Shown here: piece after piece, positions 27,831 to 37,784 of the stretch | Layout: the number at the start of each line of letters is the position of its first letter | Position numbering within the stretch: position 1 is the stretch's first letter | Source: an uncultured Methanoregula sp. | GTDB lineage: Archaea > Halobacteriota > Methanomicrobia > Methanomicrobiales > Methanospirillaceae | Assembly: GCF_963678795.2 (NCBI RefSeq) | Contig: NZ_CAXXIR010000002.1 | Span: 356,861 to 420,860, forward strand | Length of the DNA stretch: 64,000 nt | Direction of reading: 5' to 3' | The notes under the pieces: model-generated | What the model saw: the letters and a program-made list of their open reading frames with translations, nothing else | What the model was told of the DNA's origin: nothing | Databases searched by the model: none | Program-made: the position numbers and the translations under genes

Positions 27831-28799
27831 GTGGAAATAAAAAAAATCATCCCATTCATCGCAATGCCCCTCCTCCTCATCGCCGTTGAGCTTGGCGCTC
27901 TCTTACTCTCGCTTCCCGTTCAGGCCTCGGGGATCACCGCTTTTGAGGATCCGACTTCGATGGTAAACCCGCTCATCTTTATTGCCATCCTGCTCGCCTT
28001 TACCGCCTTTCTTCTTATCCTGATAAAGTATGATATGAAAAAAGTGATCGCAGTCATCATCGGGCTCTCGATTCTCTTTACGTTCGCCTACATCTATGCC
28101 GCCATCGTCTTTGCTGCGATGGGTGCAACTGCTGCGGCAGCTCAGGGCTGGTGGGATGCCGTGTTACCGGGTGTTATTGTCTATTCGATGACTCCTGCAA
28201 CCCTCATGGCAACGGTCATTATAATCGTGCTTGCCGTCCTCTCCACGCTCCTCCTCTACAAGTACCCGGAGTGGTACGTGATCGATGCCCTTGGTATCCT
28301 TATTGGTGCCGGCGTGGCCTCCATCTTCGGTGTTTCGCTGGATATCCTGCCGGTTGTTATCCTTCTTCTCCTTCTTGCGGTCTACGATGCGATCTCGGTG
28401 TACAAAACAAAGCACATGATCACCCTTGCTGAGGGGGTCATCGATCTCAAGACCCCGATCCTCTTTGTCATCCCCAAGCGGAAAGACTACTCGTTCATCA
28501 AAGAGGGGATCGGCAAGCTGCAGGACGGGGGAGAGCGGGCCGCGTTCATCATCGGGATGGGTGACATGATCATGCCCTCCATCCTCGTGGTCTCGGCAAA
28601 CGTGTTCATGAAAGGTGCAAGAATCGGAGGGTTCATCAACCTGCCGGCCCTCGGGGCAATCATCGGTTCGCTTGCCGGCCTCTTCGTGCTCCTGCACTTT
28701 GTCATGTCCGGAAAACCCCAGGCCGGCCTGCCTCCGCTGAACGGCGGGACCATCCTTGGTTTCCTGGCGGGCTGGGCTGCGATGACGCTGGCAGGGTAA
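27831..28799 (+). CDS. presenilin / signal-peptide-peptidase-type intramembrane aspartyl protease (archaeal PSH)
   Basis: Catalytic motifs 'LLAVYDAISVY' (YD) and 'GMGDMIMP' (GxGD), plus 'LPALGA' (PAL). About 9 TM helices. GTG start. Confidence 0.88.
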   Translation: MEIKKIIPFIAMPLLLIAVELGALLLSLPVQASGITAFEDPTSMVNPLIFIAILLAFTAFLLILIKYDMKKVIAVIIGLSILFTFAYIYAAIVFAAMGATAAAAQGWWDAVLPGVIVYSMTPATLMATVIIIVLAVLSTLLLYKYPEWYVIDALGILIGAGVASIFGVSLDILPVVILLLLLAVYDAISVYKTKHMITLAEGVIDLKTPILFVIPKRKDYSFIKEGIGKLQDGGERAAFIIGMGDMIMPSILVVSANVFMKGARIGGFINLPALGAIIGSLAGLFVLLHFVMSGKPQAGLPPLNGGTILGFLAGWAAMTLAG

Positions 28800-29092
28800 A
28801 TCCCCCATTACAATCCCCTTTTTCAGGACTGCCCCAGACCTGAAAACCCCTAAAAACAAACTCCTCTTAAAATGCTCCGTTTGGCAATCGGATCCAAATT
28901 TGAAAGGTCGGTTTTCCGGGGGTCGCGTTTTTTGGCGAATTACAGGACAGCAAATCTGAGAGTGTCCTGTATTGCCCGTATTTTGCTCATCGGAGAGTTA
29001 CAAGGGTTCCAAAAAATGTCTTTTTATTGCCTATTGGACGCAGGATCAGGGTTTATCCCGGAGTGGAGATCGGACGGAGAACCGGTGGGAGG

Positions 29093-30172
29093 TCATTCCG
29101 GAAGTGTTTTTTCCTGAACCGTCCGGGGCTTGCGAGGTTTGCGAACCCGCGGGCGCTTTTCTCCCTGGGGGTTGAAGGCGTCTTCATCCATACCCGTCTC
29201 CTCTTCTTCAAGGATTACCGGGGACCGGATATCCACAACCCTCTCCCGTTTCTTCTCCACATATTCCGGCTTGTGGGTGAGAATGGCAGCGAGAACTTCA
29301 TCAACACCCGTGCCCGTCTGCGTGGACATGGTGAGATAGCCCTCTGCTGTTGTGATGTCGGACTTGTTGGCCACGACAAGAACCGGTACCTGGACCATCC
29401 CCTTTACTTCGTCAAGAAGACGGAGCTGCACGTCCATGGGGTACCCGCAGTGCTCGGACGGGTCGAGAATGAAGAGCACAACATTGGCGACATTCATCAT
29501 CGCGGAGAGTGCCTGCCGCTCGATCTGGTTGCGTTCTTCTGCAGGCCTGTCGAGAATACCCGGCGTATCGACGAACTGGATCCGCTCCCTACCCATCTGG
29601 CGGTGGCCGACAATGATGCCCTTTGTGGTGAACGGATATGCTGCAACCTGTGGATCAGCGGACGAGACCCGGCGGATGAACGACGACTTTCCTACATTCG
29701 GGTAACCTGCGATGACAATGGTGAAGGCATCCTCAACATTGGGGAGCTTGCGCAGGACATTGCGGACCTCGTTGAGGAAGTGCAGGTCCTTGTCGATCTG
29801 ATGAACCATCGAGGCGAGCCGCGCAACGGCCCGCTTGCGTACTATCTGGGTATCTTCCACTCTCCGGGACTGGAGCACGAGCTGGTTTCCCACCATCTTT
29901 GTATGCTTCGCCGCCCACCCGACCGCGCCGAGAGATTGCTTAATCTTATCGATCCCGAAAAGAATGTCGGCAAGTTCCCGGTAAAACGGGGGGAGGTCAT
30001 CGAACTCCGGGAATCCGCGTATTATGTAAACCAGCCGGTCATGGATTGCCGCGCCCACCGCTCCGACAAACTCAGTATTGGCACGCTCCTTGTTGTTCTT
30101 TTCCGACATTTTTTTTGCCGCACGACGGAAACTCCGGTCAAGGATCTCATCTGCTGTTGGCACCGTCGGCAT
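29093..30172 (-). CDS. NOG1-family GTP-binding protein
   Basis: G1 'GYPNVGKSS', G3 'DTPGILD', G4 'NKSD', and an N-terminal NOG1-type helical region. Start taken at 'MPTVPTADEIL'. Confidence 0.85.
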   Translation of the reverse strand: MPTVPTADEILDRSFRRAAKKMSEKNNKERANTEFVGAVGAAIHDRLVYIIRGFPEFDDLPPFYRELADILFGIDKIKQSLGAVGWAAKHTKMVGNQLVLQSRRVEDTQIVRKRAVARLASMVHQIDKDLHFLNEVRNVLRKLPNVEDAFTIVIAGYPNVGKSSFIRRVSSADPQVAAYPFTTKGIIVGHRQMGRERIQFVDTPGILDRPAEERNQIERQALSAMMNVANVVLFILDPSEHCGYPMDVQLRLLDEVKGMVQVPVLVVANKSDITTAEGYLTMSTQTGTGVDEVLAAILTHKPEYVEKKRERVVDIRSPVILEEEETGMDEDAFNPQGEKRPRVRKPRKPRTVQEKTLPE

Positions 30173-30197
30173 TTTTTCGAATTCCACAAATCGCCTA

Positions 30198-30210
30198 CCT
30201 ATATATTTAT
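30198..30210. promoter_or_regulatory. shared AT-rich TATA-like element in a 61-bp divergent spacer
   Basis: 'cctatatatttat' lies 24-36 nt upstream of ATG 30234 (plus strand) and 26-38 nt upstream of ATG 30172 (minus strand). Confidence 0.45.
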
Positions 30211-30233
30211 GGAACGTCATACGGTTTATCGTT

Positions 30234-31112
30234 ATGGACCTGTCCCTGATCCAGCGCGATATTCTCATCACCCTCATCACTCTTTACCACCAGCACTCGC
30301 ACACTATCAAAGGGGAGGAGATTGCAGAACGGATCCAGCGTAACCCGGGAACGGTGCGCAACCAGATGCAGGCTCTCAAGGCTATTGGTCTTGTGGACGG
30401 GGTGCCGGGGCCAAAAGGCGGGTATATACCGAGTGCCCTTGCCTACGAGGAGTTGAACCTGAACTTCTCCGAAGGAGATACCGATGTTCCCATCAGCAGG
30501 AACGGCGAAACGGTCCAGGGGGCAAATGTCCAGGAGATCGATTTCACAACCCTCTGCCATCCCGACATCTGCCATGCCGTGATCAAGCTGGTGGGCAGCG
30601 CAAAACTCTTTGAGATCGGGGACAGGATCACCATCGGTCCGACACCCGTGAACAAACTCCTGATTCGTGGGGAAGTCTATGGCAAGGATGAAGGCAAGCA
30701 GTCGCTTCTGATTGCAACGTCAGAGATGATCTCCCTTCCCAAACAGCCTATCAAGAATTACATGTCCAGCCCCCTTAAGACCCTGCGATGTCTGGACACG
30801 ATCAGGGATGCCCTCCTCCTTTTCAACCATGAACATATTCACGGCGCTCCGGTTATTGAAGGTTCAGTCCTCGAAGGAATCGTCACCATGAGTGATGTTG
30901 CCTTTGCGGTGGAGAATGGTCTTCCTCTCTCGACGCCGGTAACTGAAGTTATGACCACCAACGTCGAAGAGATATCTTCCGATGTCAAACTTTTCGAAGT
31001 CATCCGCAGGTTCAAGGAACGGGAGATTGGCCGGCTGATTGTTATTGAAGACGGGAAACCTGTCGGTATCCTGACCCAGTCTGATGTTATCAGGGTTTTT
31101 CCCTCGCTTTGA
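30234..31112 (+). CDS. wHTH + tandem CBS-domain regulator
   Basis: N-terminal 'IQRDILITLITLY...GEEIAERIQRNPGTVRNQMQALKAIGLV' looks like a wHTH. The C-terminus is a CBS pair ('HGAPVIEGSVLEGIVTMSDV', 'RLIVIEDGKPVGILTQSDV'). Confidence 0.8.
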   Translation: MDLSLIQRDILITLITLYHQHSHTIKGEEIAERIQRNPGTVRNQMQALKAIGLVDGVPGPKGGYIPSALAYEELNLNFSEGDTDVPISRNGETVQGANVQEIDFTTLCHPDICHAVIKLVGSAKLFEIGDRITIGPTPVNKLLIRGEVYGKDEGKQSLLIATSEMISLPKQPIKNYMSSPLKTLRCLDTIRDALLLFNHEHIHGAPVIEGSVLEGIVTMSDVAFAVENGLPLSTPVTEVMTTNVEEISSDVKLFEVIRRFKEREIGRLIVIEDGKPVGILTQSDVIRVFPSL

Positions 31113-31270
31113 TTGCAATGTTCTCTGAAATAATCCCTGCCACGGGGAATTTTTCCTTTTTGCAACGCAACGATGAGACGTGCAGACAAAAGAAAATCCG
31201 GGTGATCTGGGTGTTTATCCAATCCCTATGACGTGAATAAAAATTATCCTCCCGATAACAAAGCGGATAC

Positions 31271-31281
31271 CTTTAGATATT
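31271..31281 (+). promoter_or_regulatory. TATA-like box upstream of the histone gene
   Basis: 'ctttagatatt' lies 34-44 nt upstream of the ATG. A 'GGGAGG' SD is at 31298-31303. Confidence 0.4.
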
Positions 31282-31314
31282 CCAAGTCATATTCTATGGG
31301 AGGAATTACGTTTT

Positions 31315-31524
31315 ATGACCGAACTTTCCCAGGCTGCTGTTGAACGCATAATCAAGAAGGCCGGTGCCGACCGTGTCAGTGCCGAAGCAACGTTAACCCT
31401 CGCAGAGATGATGGAAGAATACGGGGCTTTCCTTGCAAAGGAAGCAAAAAAGATGTCCGACCATGCCGGAAGGAAGACACTTCGGGGATCTGATCTCCGG
31501 ATGGCCGCAGAGATGTTCAAATAA
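31315..31524 (+). CDS. archaeal histone (HMf family)
   Basis: 69 aa. 'LSQAAVERIIKKAGADRVS...A..L......E.......A...A.HAGRKT' matches the histone fold. Confidence 0.9.
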   Translation: MTELSQAAVERIIKKAGADRVSAEATLTLAEMMEEYGAFLAKEAKKMSDHAGRKTLRGSDLRMAAEMFK

Positions 31525-31607
31525 TGTTGATCCGCTGACCAATCGGAAAAATCTCTTTTTCCCGCCAGTTTCGAACAGTTTAAATATTTGTACATCGTCC
31601 ATTTTTT

Positions 31608-31862
31608 ATGACTCGTGTATTTGCCCGCAGCCTTTCCAGAAAAAAGATCATGAGCAATGATGGCAAGCTCATCGGAACCCTCAAGAATATAAGGGTCGAT
31701 TTCGATTCCGGCCAGGTTCTTGAGATGATCATCCACCCGGATCAGGCTTTTTCTACCGATGGCTATAACCTGGAAGATGACAAGCTCCTTATTATTCCCT
31801 TTGAATCCGTCAAGGATATCAAGGACTATATTGTCGTTGACCGCTATCTTGCCCGAAAATAA
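31608..31862 (+). CDS. PRC-barrel domain protein
   Basis: 84 aa. 'LSRKKIMSNDGKLIGTLKNIRVDFDSGQV' is PRC-barrel-like. Confidence 0.6.
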   Translation: MTRVFARSLSRKKIMSNDGKLIGTLKNIRVDFDSGQVLEMIIHPDQAFSTDGYNLEDDKLLIIPFESVKDIKDYIVVDRYLARK

Positions 31863-32542
31863 GGATAATATTTTTTAACGGCTTCAACAAAGCCCTTCCC
31901 ATACTCTTTTTCTGCGGTATATTGTGCAACGGCTTTGGTATCCGGGTGAGCGTTTGCTACAGCTGCTCCGATACCGGCTGTCCTGAGCATCTGGATATCG
32001 TTGAGAGAGTCGCCGACGGCAAGGAATTCATCCGGGGTAAGCCCCAGTTCCGGGGCGAGAGCTGCCAGTGCTGTTCCCTTATTGATGCCGGGTGACTGGA
32101 GGTGGATTGCATAACCGGTGTCAAGAACCTGGACCGGCTGATCCCCGAGGATGGATCTGACTTCCTCAACAGGGACGGTACGGGCAAAAGCGAGATCGAC
32201 AAACCGGTAGGTGGGGCTGAAGAGCTCCAGTTCCTTTCCCTGCTTCCGGTAATATTCCTGAAGCGTTTCAAGCGCCCTGTGGCATTCTGCCTGGTTGCCC
32301 TGCAGGCGGGGCTTTCCGGTATACCCCGCCCGGAAGACCCCGCCATTCTCGGCAATGAAGCTCCCCTGCGTCCCCACCATCTTGGAGATCGCTTCCATGA
32401 AGCAGGGAGTATTCCCGCTTGCAAGCACGACTTCGATACCCTGGTCCACGAGCGAACGGATCAGCTCGACGGCTTCTGTATCTATCCTGCGGGTACTGTT
32501 GGTGATCGTCCCGTCAATATCCGTCAGGAGCGCTTTCAACAC
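31844..32542 (-). CDS. HAD-IIB (Cof-type) phosphatase, phosphoglycolate phosphatase-like
   Basis: '[10 protein letters not shown]', 'ASGN' and '[12 protein letters not shown]'. GTG start. It overlaps the radA stop by 7 nt. Confidence 0.75.
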   Translation of the reverse strand: MLKALLTDIDGTITNSTRRIDTEAVELIRSLVDQGIEVVLASGNTPCFMEAISKMVGTQGSFIAENGGVFRAGYTGKPRLQGNQAECHRALETLQEYYRKQGKELELFSPTYRFVDLAFARTVPVEEVRSILGDQPVQVLDTGYAIHLQSPGINKGTALAALAPELGLTPDEFLAVGDSLNDIQMLRTAGIGAAVANAHPDTKAVAQYTAEKEYGKGFVEAVKKYYPYFRAR

Positions 32543-33513
32543 GACTTGAGACCTGCCTCTTCAACCATGAACGGTGCTTCGCCTTCGGGAAGGTTGGGGC
32601 TGTCCACGAGACGTGCTATACGTTTCCCTCCCTTGCTCTTCCTGAGGTAGAGCCGGAAAGTTGCGGTGTGTCCGACGATGTTTCCCCCGATGGGCTTGGT
32701 GGGATCACCGAAGAAGACCGCCGGGTTGGACATGACCTGGTTGGTCACGAGGCCGACCGCGTTGTGCTCGTCAATAAGTTTGAAGAGCTCATGCATGTGC
32801 CGGTTGAGTTTCTGCTGCCTGGCTGCAAGGGTGCCCCTGCCTGCATACTCGGCACGGAAATGGGCTGTGAGCGAGTCGATGATGAAGAGCTTGACCGGCT
32901 TGTCGCTTCCCTTGAGCTCGTTTGCCAGCTCGCGGGAGTTATCGATGAGGAGCATCTGGTGATCCGAGGTATGTGCCCGTGCGATATGGATATTGTTCAA
33001 AAATTCCTGGGCATCCGGCACGTCATCGAGCCCGAGGCCGTTGACCATCTGCTCGATACGCTCGGGGCGGAATGTATTCTCGGTATCTATGTAGATGGCA
33101 CTGCCATCCAGGCCGCCGAGATCCACGGGAAGCTGGACATTGACAGCCATCTGGTGGACGATCTGACTCTTACCGGAACCAAATTCACCGTACATCTCGG
33201 TGATGGCCTGTGTCTCCATGCCCCCTCCAAGGAGGGCATCCAGCTCGGGAACCCGGAACGAGAGCTTCCGGACATCCTTCCTGGCTTCAAAGATATCCTT
33301 GCCGGTTTTGAACCCGCCGACATCGGCAGCCTCGCGGGCAGCCTTGATGATCTTCTTGGCGACCGATTCGGAGATTTCCGAAACTTCGGAGAGTTCTGCG
33401 GGGGATGCGGTTGCGATACTCTCAACCGAGAGGTAACCGGCTTCACGAAGCTTGTCTGCGGTGCTCGGGCCTACGCCCGGTAAATCTTCAATCTCTAATG
33501 GTCCTTCAGCCAT
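32536..33513 (-). CDS. radA: DNA repair and recombination protein RadA
   Basis: HhH '[12 protein letters not shown]', Walker A 'GEFGSGKSQ', and Walker B 'LFIIDS'. Confidence 0.95.
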   Translation of the reverse strand: MAEGPLEIEDLPGVGPSTADKLREAGYLSVESIATASPAELSEVSEISESVAKKIIKAAREAADVGGFKTGKDIFEARKDVRKLSFRVPELDALLGGGMETQAITEMYGEFGSGKSQIVHQMAVNVQLPVDLGGLDGSAIYIDTENTFRPERIEQMVNGLGLDDVPDAQEFLNNIHIARAHTSDHQMLLIDNSRELANELKGSDKPVKLFIIDSLTAHFRAEYAGRGTLAARQQKLNRHMHELFKLIDEHNAVGLVTNQVMSNPAVFFGDPTKPIGGNIVGHTATFRLYLRKSKGGKRIARLVDSPNLPEGEAPFMVEEAGLKSC

Positions 33514-33593
33514 TTCTTACACACTCCTATGGCACAACAAGATGTTAAAGACTGGGATATAAACCCCCGGACTGCGCAGGGTGAAAGTAATGG

Positions 33594-34883
33594 TTACGGC
33601 TGGAGTTCCTGCCGGAATGTCTGGATCCGGACGAGCAGATCCGCAGCCGTTATGATCACCGGCTCCACGGATTCCGGTATAATCCTGCTGCCGGAGAGGT
33701 TTCCTTTCACCGTTATCTCGTCTCCGTGGGAAAATGATCCTTCAATGAGGTAGCGTTCCCTCCCGTTATCGATGAACAGGCAGCCCGGGCCGGCAAGAAT
33801 TGTTCCGGAGAACGTTATGGGCCGGGCCTCCCGGTCTGGAATCCGGAAGGCACTCCCCCTTCCGACGCCGAGTTCTATTCCCCCGAACCTCCCCGGCTTT
33901 GCGGTTGCATGGTACGCTTCGATCAGATCCCCCATGTTCAGAGGGACAAGGGCATTCTCCCCCCAGAGTACGATCTTCAGCTCATCGTTCCCGTCACTGA
34001 TGAGCAGGTTCCTGACCCAGGATGCCGTGCCTGCTTTTGTGGTAAACGATCGTGGCTGCTGCATCTGCTTCACTTGACCCTTCACGGAATATATGCCCTG
34101 ATCGCTGACCGAAGACAGTGGGGCAAAGGGAACGGTGACCGTGTGGCTGGCAACAACTACCGTGCTCTTCTCGTCAAGGCTGAAATTCCGCCCCTCCGAC
34201 CGGTTGTTGGGCTTTGCATTCGTGATATGGACGGGAGTACCCGCAGGTAGTTCCCTGAGTAGTTCCGGGACCCAGGCCACGACCCTGGCGGTCCCCTCAG
34301 CATCGCCAATGATCGCCTCAATCATCTCGCCGGTGCTTTCGTCCCGTTTTGTGAATGTCCGGAGTGGTTCCACTGCCAGCAGAACTACATCCAGTTCCAC
34401 CGGCTCGTTCGAGAGGCTTACTGCTCCCGCGGGGACTGCACAGGATATCTCGCAGCTTGCTTTTCTCAACGCAAGGGCATAGATCTCTTTTGTACTCTTT
34501 CCCGGATGACGGCCGATGACTTCAAGCACTTCCCCGATTCCTGTATCAAGGGCGGCTCCTGCTTTCTCATCCCAGAGCACAACCCGGGTTGCACCGGTCT
34601 CATCCCCGAGCAGCAGGGTGGCGACCCAGCCTTTCTCCCCATCGGCCCGGTCGAATTCCTTGGGATCAGTCTTGTCAACAACTTTCCCGAAAAAAGAGAA
34701 GAGACTGGATTTTGCCGACAGCCCCCTGATCTTCACGTGCTCGCGGCCCAGTTCGCCTACTACCATCATGGCGGCAGTCGGCTCGTCCACGAGATCGCCA
34801 CAGTCGTCGATCTTCGCCTCCACGCGCCTTTCGAAATCCTCTTTTGATATGAGATCGTCAACGAGCGCGTAGTGGAATAGCAT
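33594..34883 (-). CDS. multi-OB-fold ssDNA-binding protein (RPA-like)
   Basis: 429 aa with about 4 repeated OB-like units ('GWVATLLLGDETGATRVVLWDE', 'IIGDAEGTARVVAW', 'LLISDGNDELKIVLWGE'). Adjacent to radA. Confidence 0.65.
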   Translation of the reverse strand: MLFHYALVDDLISKEDFERRVEAKIDDCGDLVDEPTAAMMVVGELGREHVKIRGLSAKSSLFSFFGKVVDKTDPKEFDRADGEKGWVATLLLGDETGATRVVLWDEKAGAALDTGIGEVLEVIGRHPGKSTKEIYALALRKASCEISCAVPAGAVSLSNEPVELDVVLLAVEPLRTFTKRDESTGEMIEAIIGDAEGTARVVAWVPELLRELPAGTPVHITNAKPNNRSEGRNFSLDEKSTVVVASHTVTVPFAPLSSVSDQGIYSVKGQVKQMQQPRSFTTKAGTASWVRNLLISDGNDELKIVLWGENALVPLNMGDLIEAYHATAKPGRFGGIELGVGRGSAFRIPDREARPITFSGTILAGPGCLFIDNGRERYLIEGSFSHGDEITVKGNLSGSRIIPESVEPVIITAADLLVRIQTFRQELQP

Positions 34884-34898
34884 CGGGAGGGTCTCCGT

Positions 34899-36191
34899 CT
34901 ACAGCTGCCAGGGAGGGCGTTCCATGGCAGCCCTGATGTCGCTGAGGGATTCGCCCCTGCGCATCAGTCCTGCCTGCGTGCCCCTGATGAGTACTTCGGG
35001 GCAGCGTGGGCGACTGTTATACTGCGAGGCCATGGCATAGCCATAGGCACCGGCATCGAGCACCGCGATGATATCGCCGGCTGCGAGCTCCGGGAGTTTC
35101 CGGTCCGGTGCAAGAATATCGCCGGTCTCGCAGATCGGGCCCGTCACGGTATATTCGGTGTCCAGCGGTGCATCAGCCTTGTTGGCCACGATCACTTCAT
35201 GGTAGGAGTCATACATTGCGGGACGGATGAGGAGGTTGAACCCTGCGTCCACGTTGGCAAAGCGCTTGTGAGCCTTCTTTGTGGAGTTGACCCTTGTGAG
35301 GAGAACGGTAGAATCGGCCACGAGCGAGCGGCCGGGCTCGACCCAGAGTTCGGGAGTGATGCCGCAGGCCTCGACGCCGGCTTTGAAGACCGGCACGACT
35401 TTTGCTGCGTAGTCCTCTGCGGTGGGTGCAGGGTCGGTGTCGTGGTGGTACGGGATGCCAAGGCCGCCGCCAAGGTCCATGAACTCGAGTTTTACGCCCA
35501 TCCCCGTGAGTTCCTTTGCGACTCGCACCATCACTTCGGCGGCACGCACAAAGGGTTCGATATCGAGGATCTGGGAGCCTATATGGCAGTGGATGCCGAC
35601 GGGTTGTATGTGTCTGCAGGCAAGGGCTTCCCGGTACGCAGCGGGGATCTCCCTGTGCGGGATGCCGAACTTGCTGGTTGCAAGCCCGGTTGCGATCTTC
35701 GGGTGGGTGGGCACTTCGAGCGCCGGGTTGACACGGAACGAGACCTTCACGGTTTTTCCGGCTGCGGCTGCCACGGCTTCGAGCTGGTGGAGTTCGTCGA
35801 GGGAATCGAGCGAGACCTTTACACCTTTTTCCACGGCCAGTTTCAGGTCGGCCGGTGTCTTGGAGCTGCCGTTGAAGAGCAGTCTCTCCGGTGCCATGCC
35901 GGCTTCGAGTGCAAGGTAGAGTTCCCCGGAGGAGAATACGTCCGCGCCCGCTCCTCTCTCTGCCAGTGCCCGCATCAGGGCAAGGTTGCCGTTCGCCTTT
36001 GCTGCAAAGAGCACCTGTACTTTTTGGTAGCGGGCACCGAGGGCTTTTTTGTAACTCTCGAACTGCTCGACCACCCGGTCCTCGCTCGTCACGTAGAGCG
36101 GTGTCCCGTATTTTTCCGCAAGGGCCACGCAGTCCTGCCCGTTGATGAGGAGGTGGCCATTCTTTATGGAGAGGTGGTGAGCGAGTTTCAC
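34899..36191 (-). CDS. lysA: diaminopimelate decarboxylase
   Basis: 'FAAKAN', 'HCHIGSQ', 'DLGGGLGI', 'EPGRSLVA' and 'GPICETGD'. GTG start in a GTGA overlap with dapL. Confidence 0.92.
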   Translation of the reverse strand: MKLAHHLSIKNGHLLINGQDCVALAEKYGTPLYVTSEDRVVEQFESYKKALGARYQKVQVLFAAKANGNLALMRALAERGAGADVFSSGELYLALEAGMAPERLLFNGSSKTPADLKLAVEKGVKVSLDSLDELHQLEAVAAAAGKTVKVSFRVNPALEVPTHPKIATGLATSKFGIPHREIPAAYREALACRHIQPVGIHCHIGSQILDIEPFVRAAEVMVRVAKELTGMGVKLEFMDLGGGLGIPYHHDTDPAPTAEDYAAKVVPVFKAGVEACGITPELWVEPGRSLVADSTVLLTRVNSTKKAHKRFANVDAGFNLLIRPAMYDSYHEVIVANKADAPLDTEYTVTGPICETGDILAPDRKLPELAAGDIIAVLDAGAYGYAMASQYNSRPRCPEVLIRGTQAGLMRRGESLSDIRAAMERPPWQL

Positions 36192-37336
36192 AGGTTCATC
36201 CTCCGCATCCGTTCGATCGCCTCGTTAATACGGGCAACCGGTCGCGTGATCGCAAACCGCACGTAGCCCTCGCCACTTGCGCCGAAGCCGACACCCGGGG
36301 TTGCAACAATACCGGCCTCCGTGAGCAGTCTCCCGGCAAAGGACATGCAGTCCCTGACAGGCATCCAGACATAGAACGTTGCCCTGGGGAGCGGTACATC
36401 GAACCCGAGTCCATTCAGGCCTTTGACGAGGACGTCGCGGCGCTCCTGGTAGATTCTGCAGGCATCCTTTATGCAGTCCTGCGGCCCGCTCAGTGCCGTG
36501 ATGGCCGCGTGCTGCACCGCGTCGAAGACTCCCGAGTCCACGTTGGTCTTGACCCGGCCGAGCCCGGCGATAACGTCTGCGTTTCCCACGGCCATACCGA
36601 TTCTCCATCCGGTCATGTTGTAGGTCTTGGAGAGCGAGTGCATCTCGATACCCACTTCCATTGCGCCTTTCGTTTCAAGGAACGATGGGGCGCGGTACCC
36701 GTCATACGATATCTCGGAGTAGGCATTGTCTGAGACCACGACGATATCGTGCTCGGAGGCGAAGTCGACGACTTCCCTGTAAAATCCTGATGGCGCTACG
36801 GCAGCGGTCGGGTTGTTCGGGTAGTTGATGTAGAGGATCTTTGCGGCTTTTGCAACCTTCTTCGGGATATCAGCAAGCACGGGAACAAAATTATTCTCCC
36901 GTAACAGCGGCATCTCGTGAACTCTGCCTTCGGCAAAGAGGGTTCCGGTCCGGTACACGGGATAGCCGGGGCTCGGGGCGAGGACATAATCGCCCGGGTT
37001 TACGAATGCCTCAGCGATATGAGCAATGCCGTCCTTTGATCCCATCAGGGCAAGTACTTCCTTTCCCGCATCGAGCGTAACGCCGAACCGCTTCTTGTAC
37101 CAACCGGCAACTGCGCCCCGGTATGCCGGCATGCCGGCATAGTCAGGATAATGGTGGTTTTTTGAGTCCTTCGCAGCCGTGCAGAGGGCTTCTACGATGT
37201 GGGGTGGTGTTGCAAGGTCCGGGTCCCCTACGCCGAGGTCGATGAGGTCAACGCCCAATTTCCGTTGTTCGGCTTTCATCTCGTCGATCCGTGCAAAAAG
37301 ATACGGCGGGAGATTGCTCATGCGTGATGCATACAT
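36188..37336 (-). CDS. dapL: LL-diaminopimelate aminotransferase (DapL-type class I aminotransferase)
   Basis: 'LPPYLFARIDE', 'IDLGVGDPDL', 'NYPNNPT' and 'SLSKTYNMTGWRIG'. Coupled to lysA. Confidence 0.82.
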   Translation of the reverse strand: MYASRMSNLPPYLFARIDEMKAEQRKLGVDLIDLGVGDPDLATPPHIVEALCTAAKDSKNHHYPDYAGMPAYRGAVAGWYKKRFGVTLDAGKEVLALMGSKDGIAHIAEAFVNPGDYVLAPSPGYPVYRTGTLFAEGRVHEMPLLRENNFVPVLADIPKKVAKAAKILYINYPNNPTAAVAPSGFYREVVDFASEHDIVVVSDNAYSEISYDGYRAPSFLETKGAMEVGIEMHSLSKTYNMTGWRIGMAVGNADVIAGLGRVKTNVDSGVFDAVQHAAITALSGPQDCIKDACRIYQERRDVLVKGLNGLGFDVPLPRATFYVWMPVRDCMSFAGRLLTEAGIVATPGVGFGASGEGYVRFAITRPVARINEAIERMRRMNL

Positions 37337-37442
37337 AAGTACTTACCATTGGCGCTGGCGTCTATAGAAATTAACTCTTGAAAGTCCTGCCCGCACGATG
37401 CATATAATACTCTTATCAGCCGGGAACGGCAACACCTGTCGC

Positions 37443-37784
37443 ATGGAAAAGAGAGGAACCGGGACGGCCCGCGATATCTGTGTGCTGTATTCCACCGTCC
37501 CCCCCAACCGTTCAGCGGATCTGGCAAAACGTCTTCTTGAGAAGAACCTCGTTGCCTGTGTCAATATCACACCGGTCAGGTCCCTGTACCGCTGGAAGGG
37601 CGAAGCGTGCGATGAGGACGAGCATCTCCTGATCATCAAGACCCGGCGGGAGCTTGCGGAACAGGTGATCAGGGCCCTCAAAGATATGCACCCCTATGAA
37701 GTGCCGGAGATCATTGCCCTGCCGGTTCTCGCCGGCTACGCACCCTACCTCGAATGGGTCCACCGTGAGACGCGTGAACCATGA
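37443..37784 (+). CDS. cutA: divalent-cation tolerance protein CutA
   Basis: 'VACVNITPVRSLYRWKGE...E.LLIIKT' and 'HPYEVPEIIALP'. The start is uncertain (37398 or 37443). Confidence 0.8.
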   Translation: MEKRGTGTARDICVLYSTVPPNRSADLAKRLLEKNLVACVNITPVRSLYRWKGEACDEDEHLLIIKTRRELAEQVIRALKDMHPYEVPEIIALPVLAGYAPYLEWVHRETREP

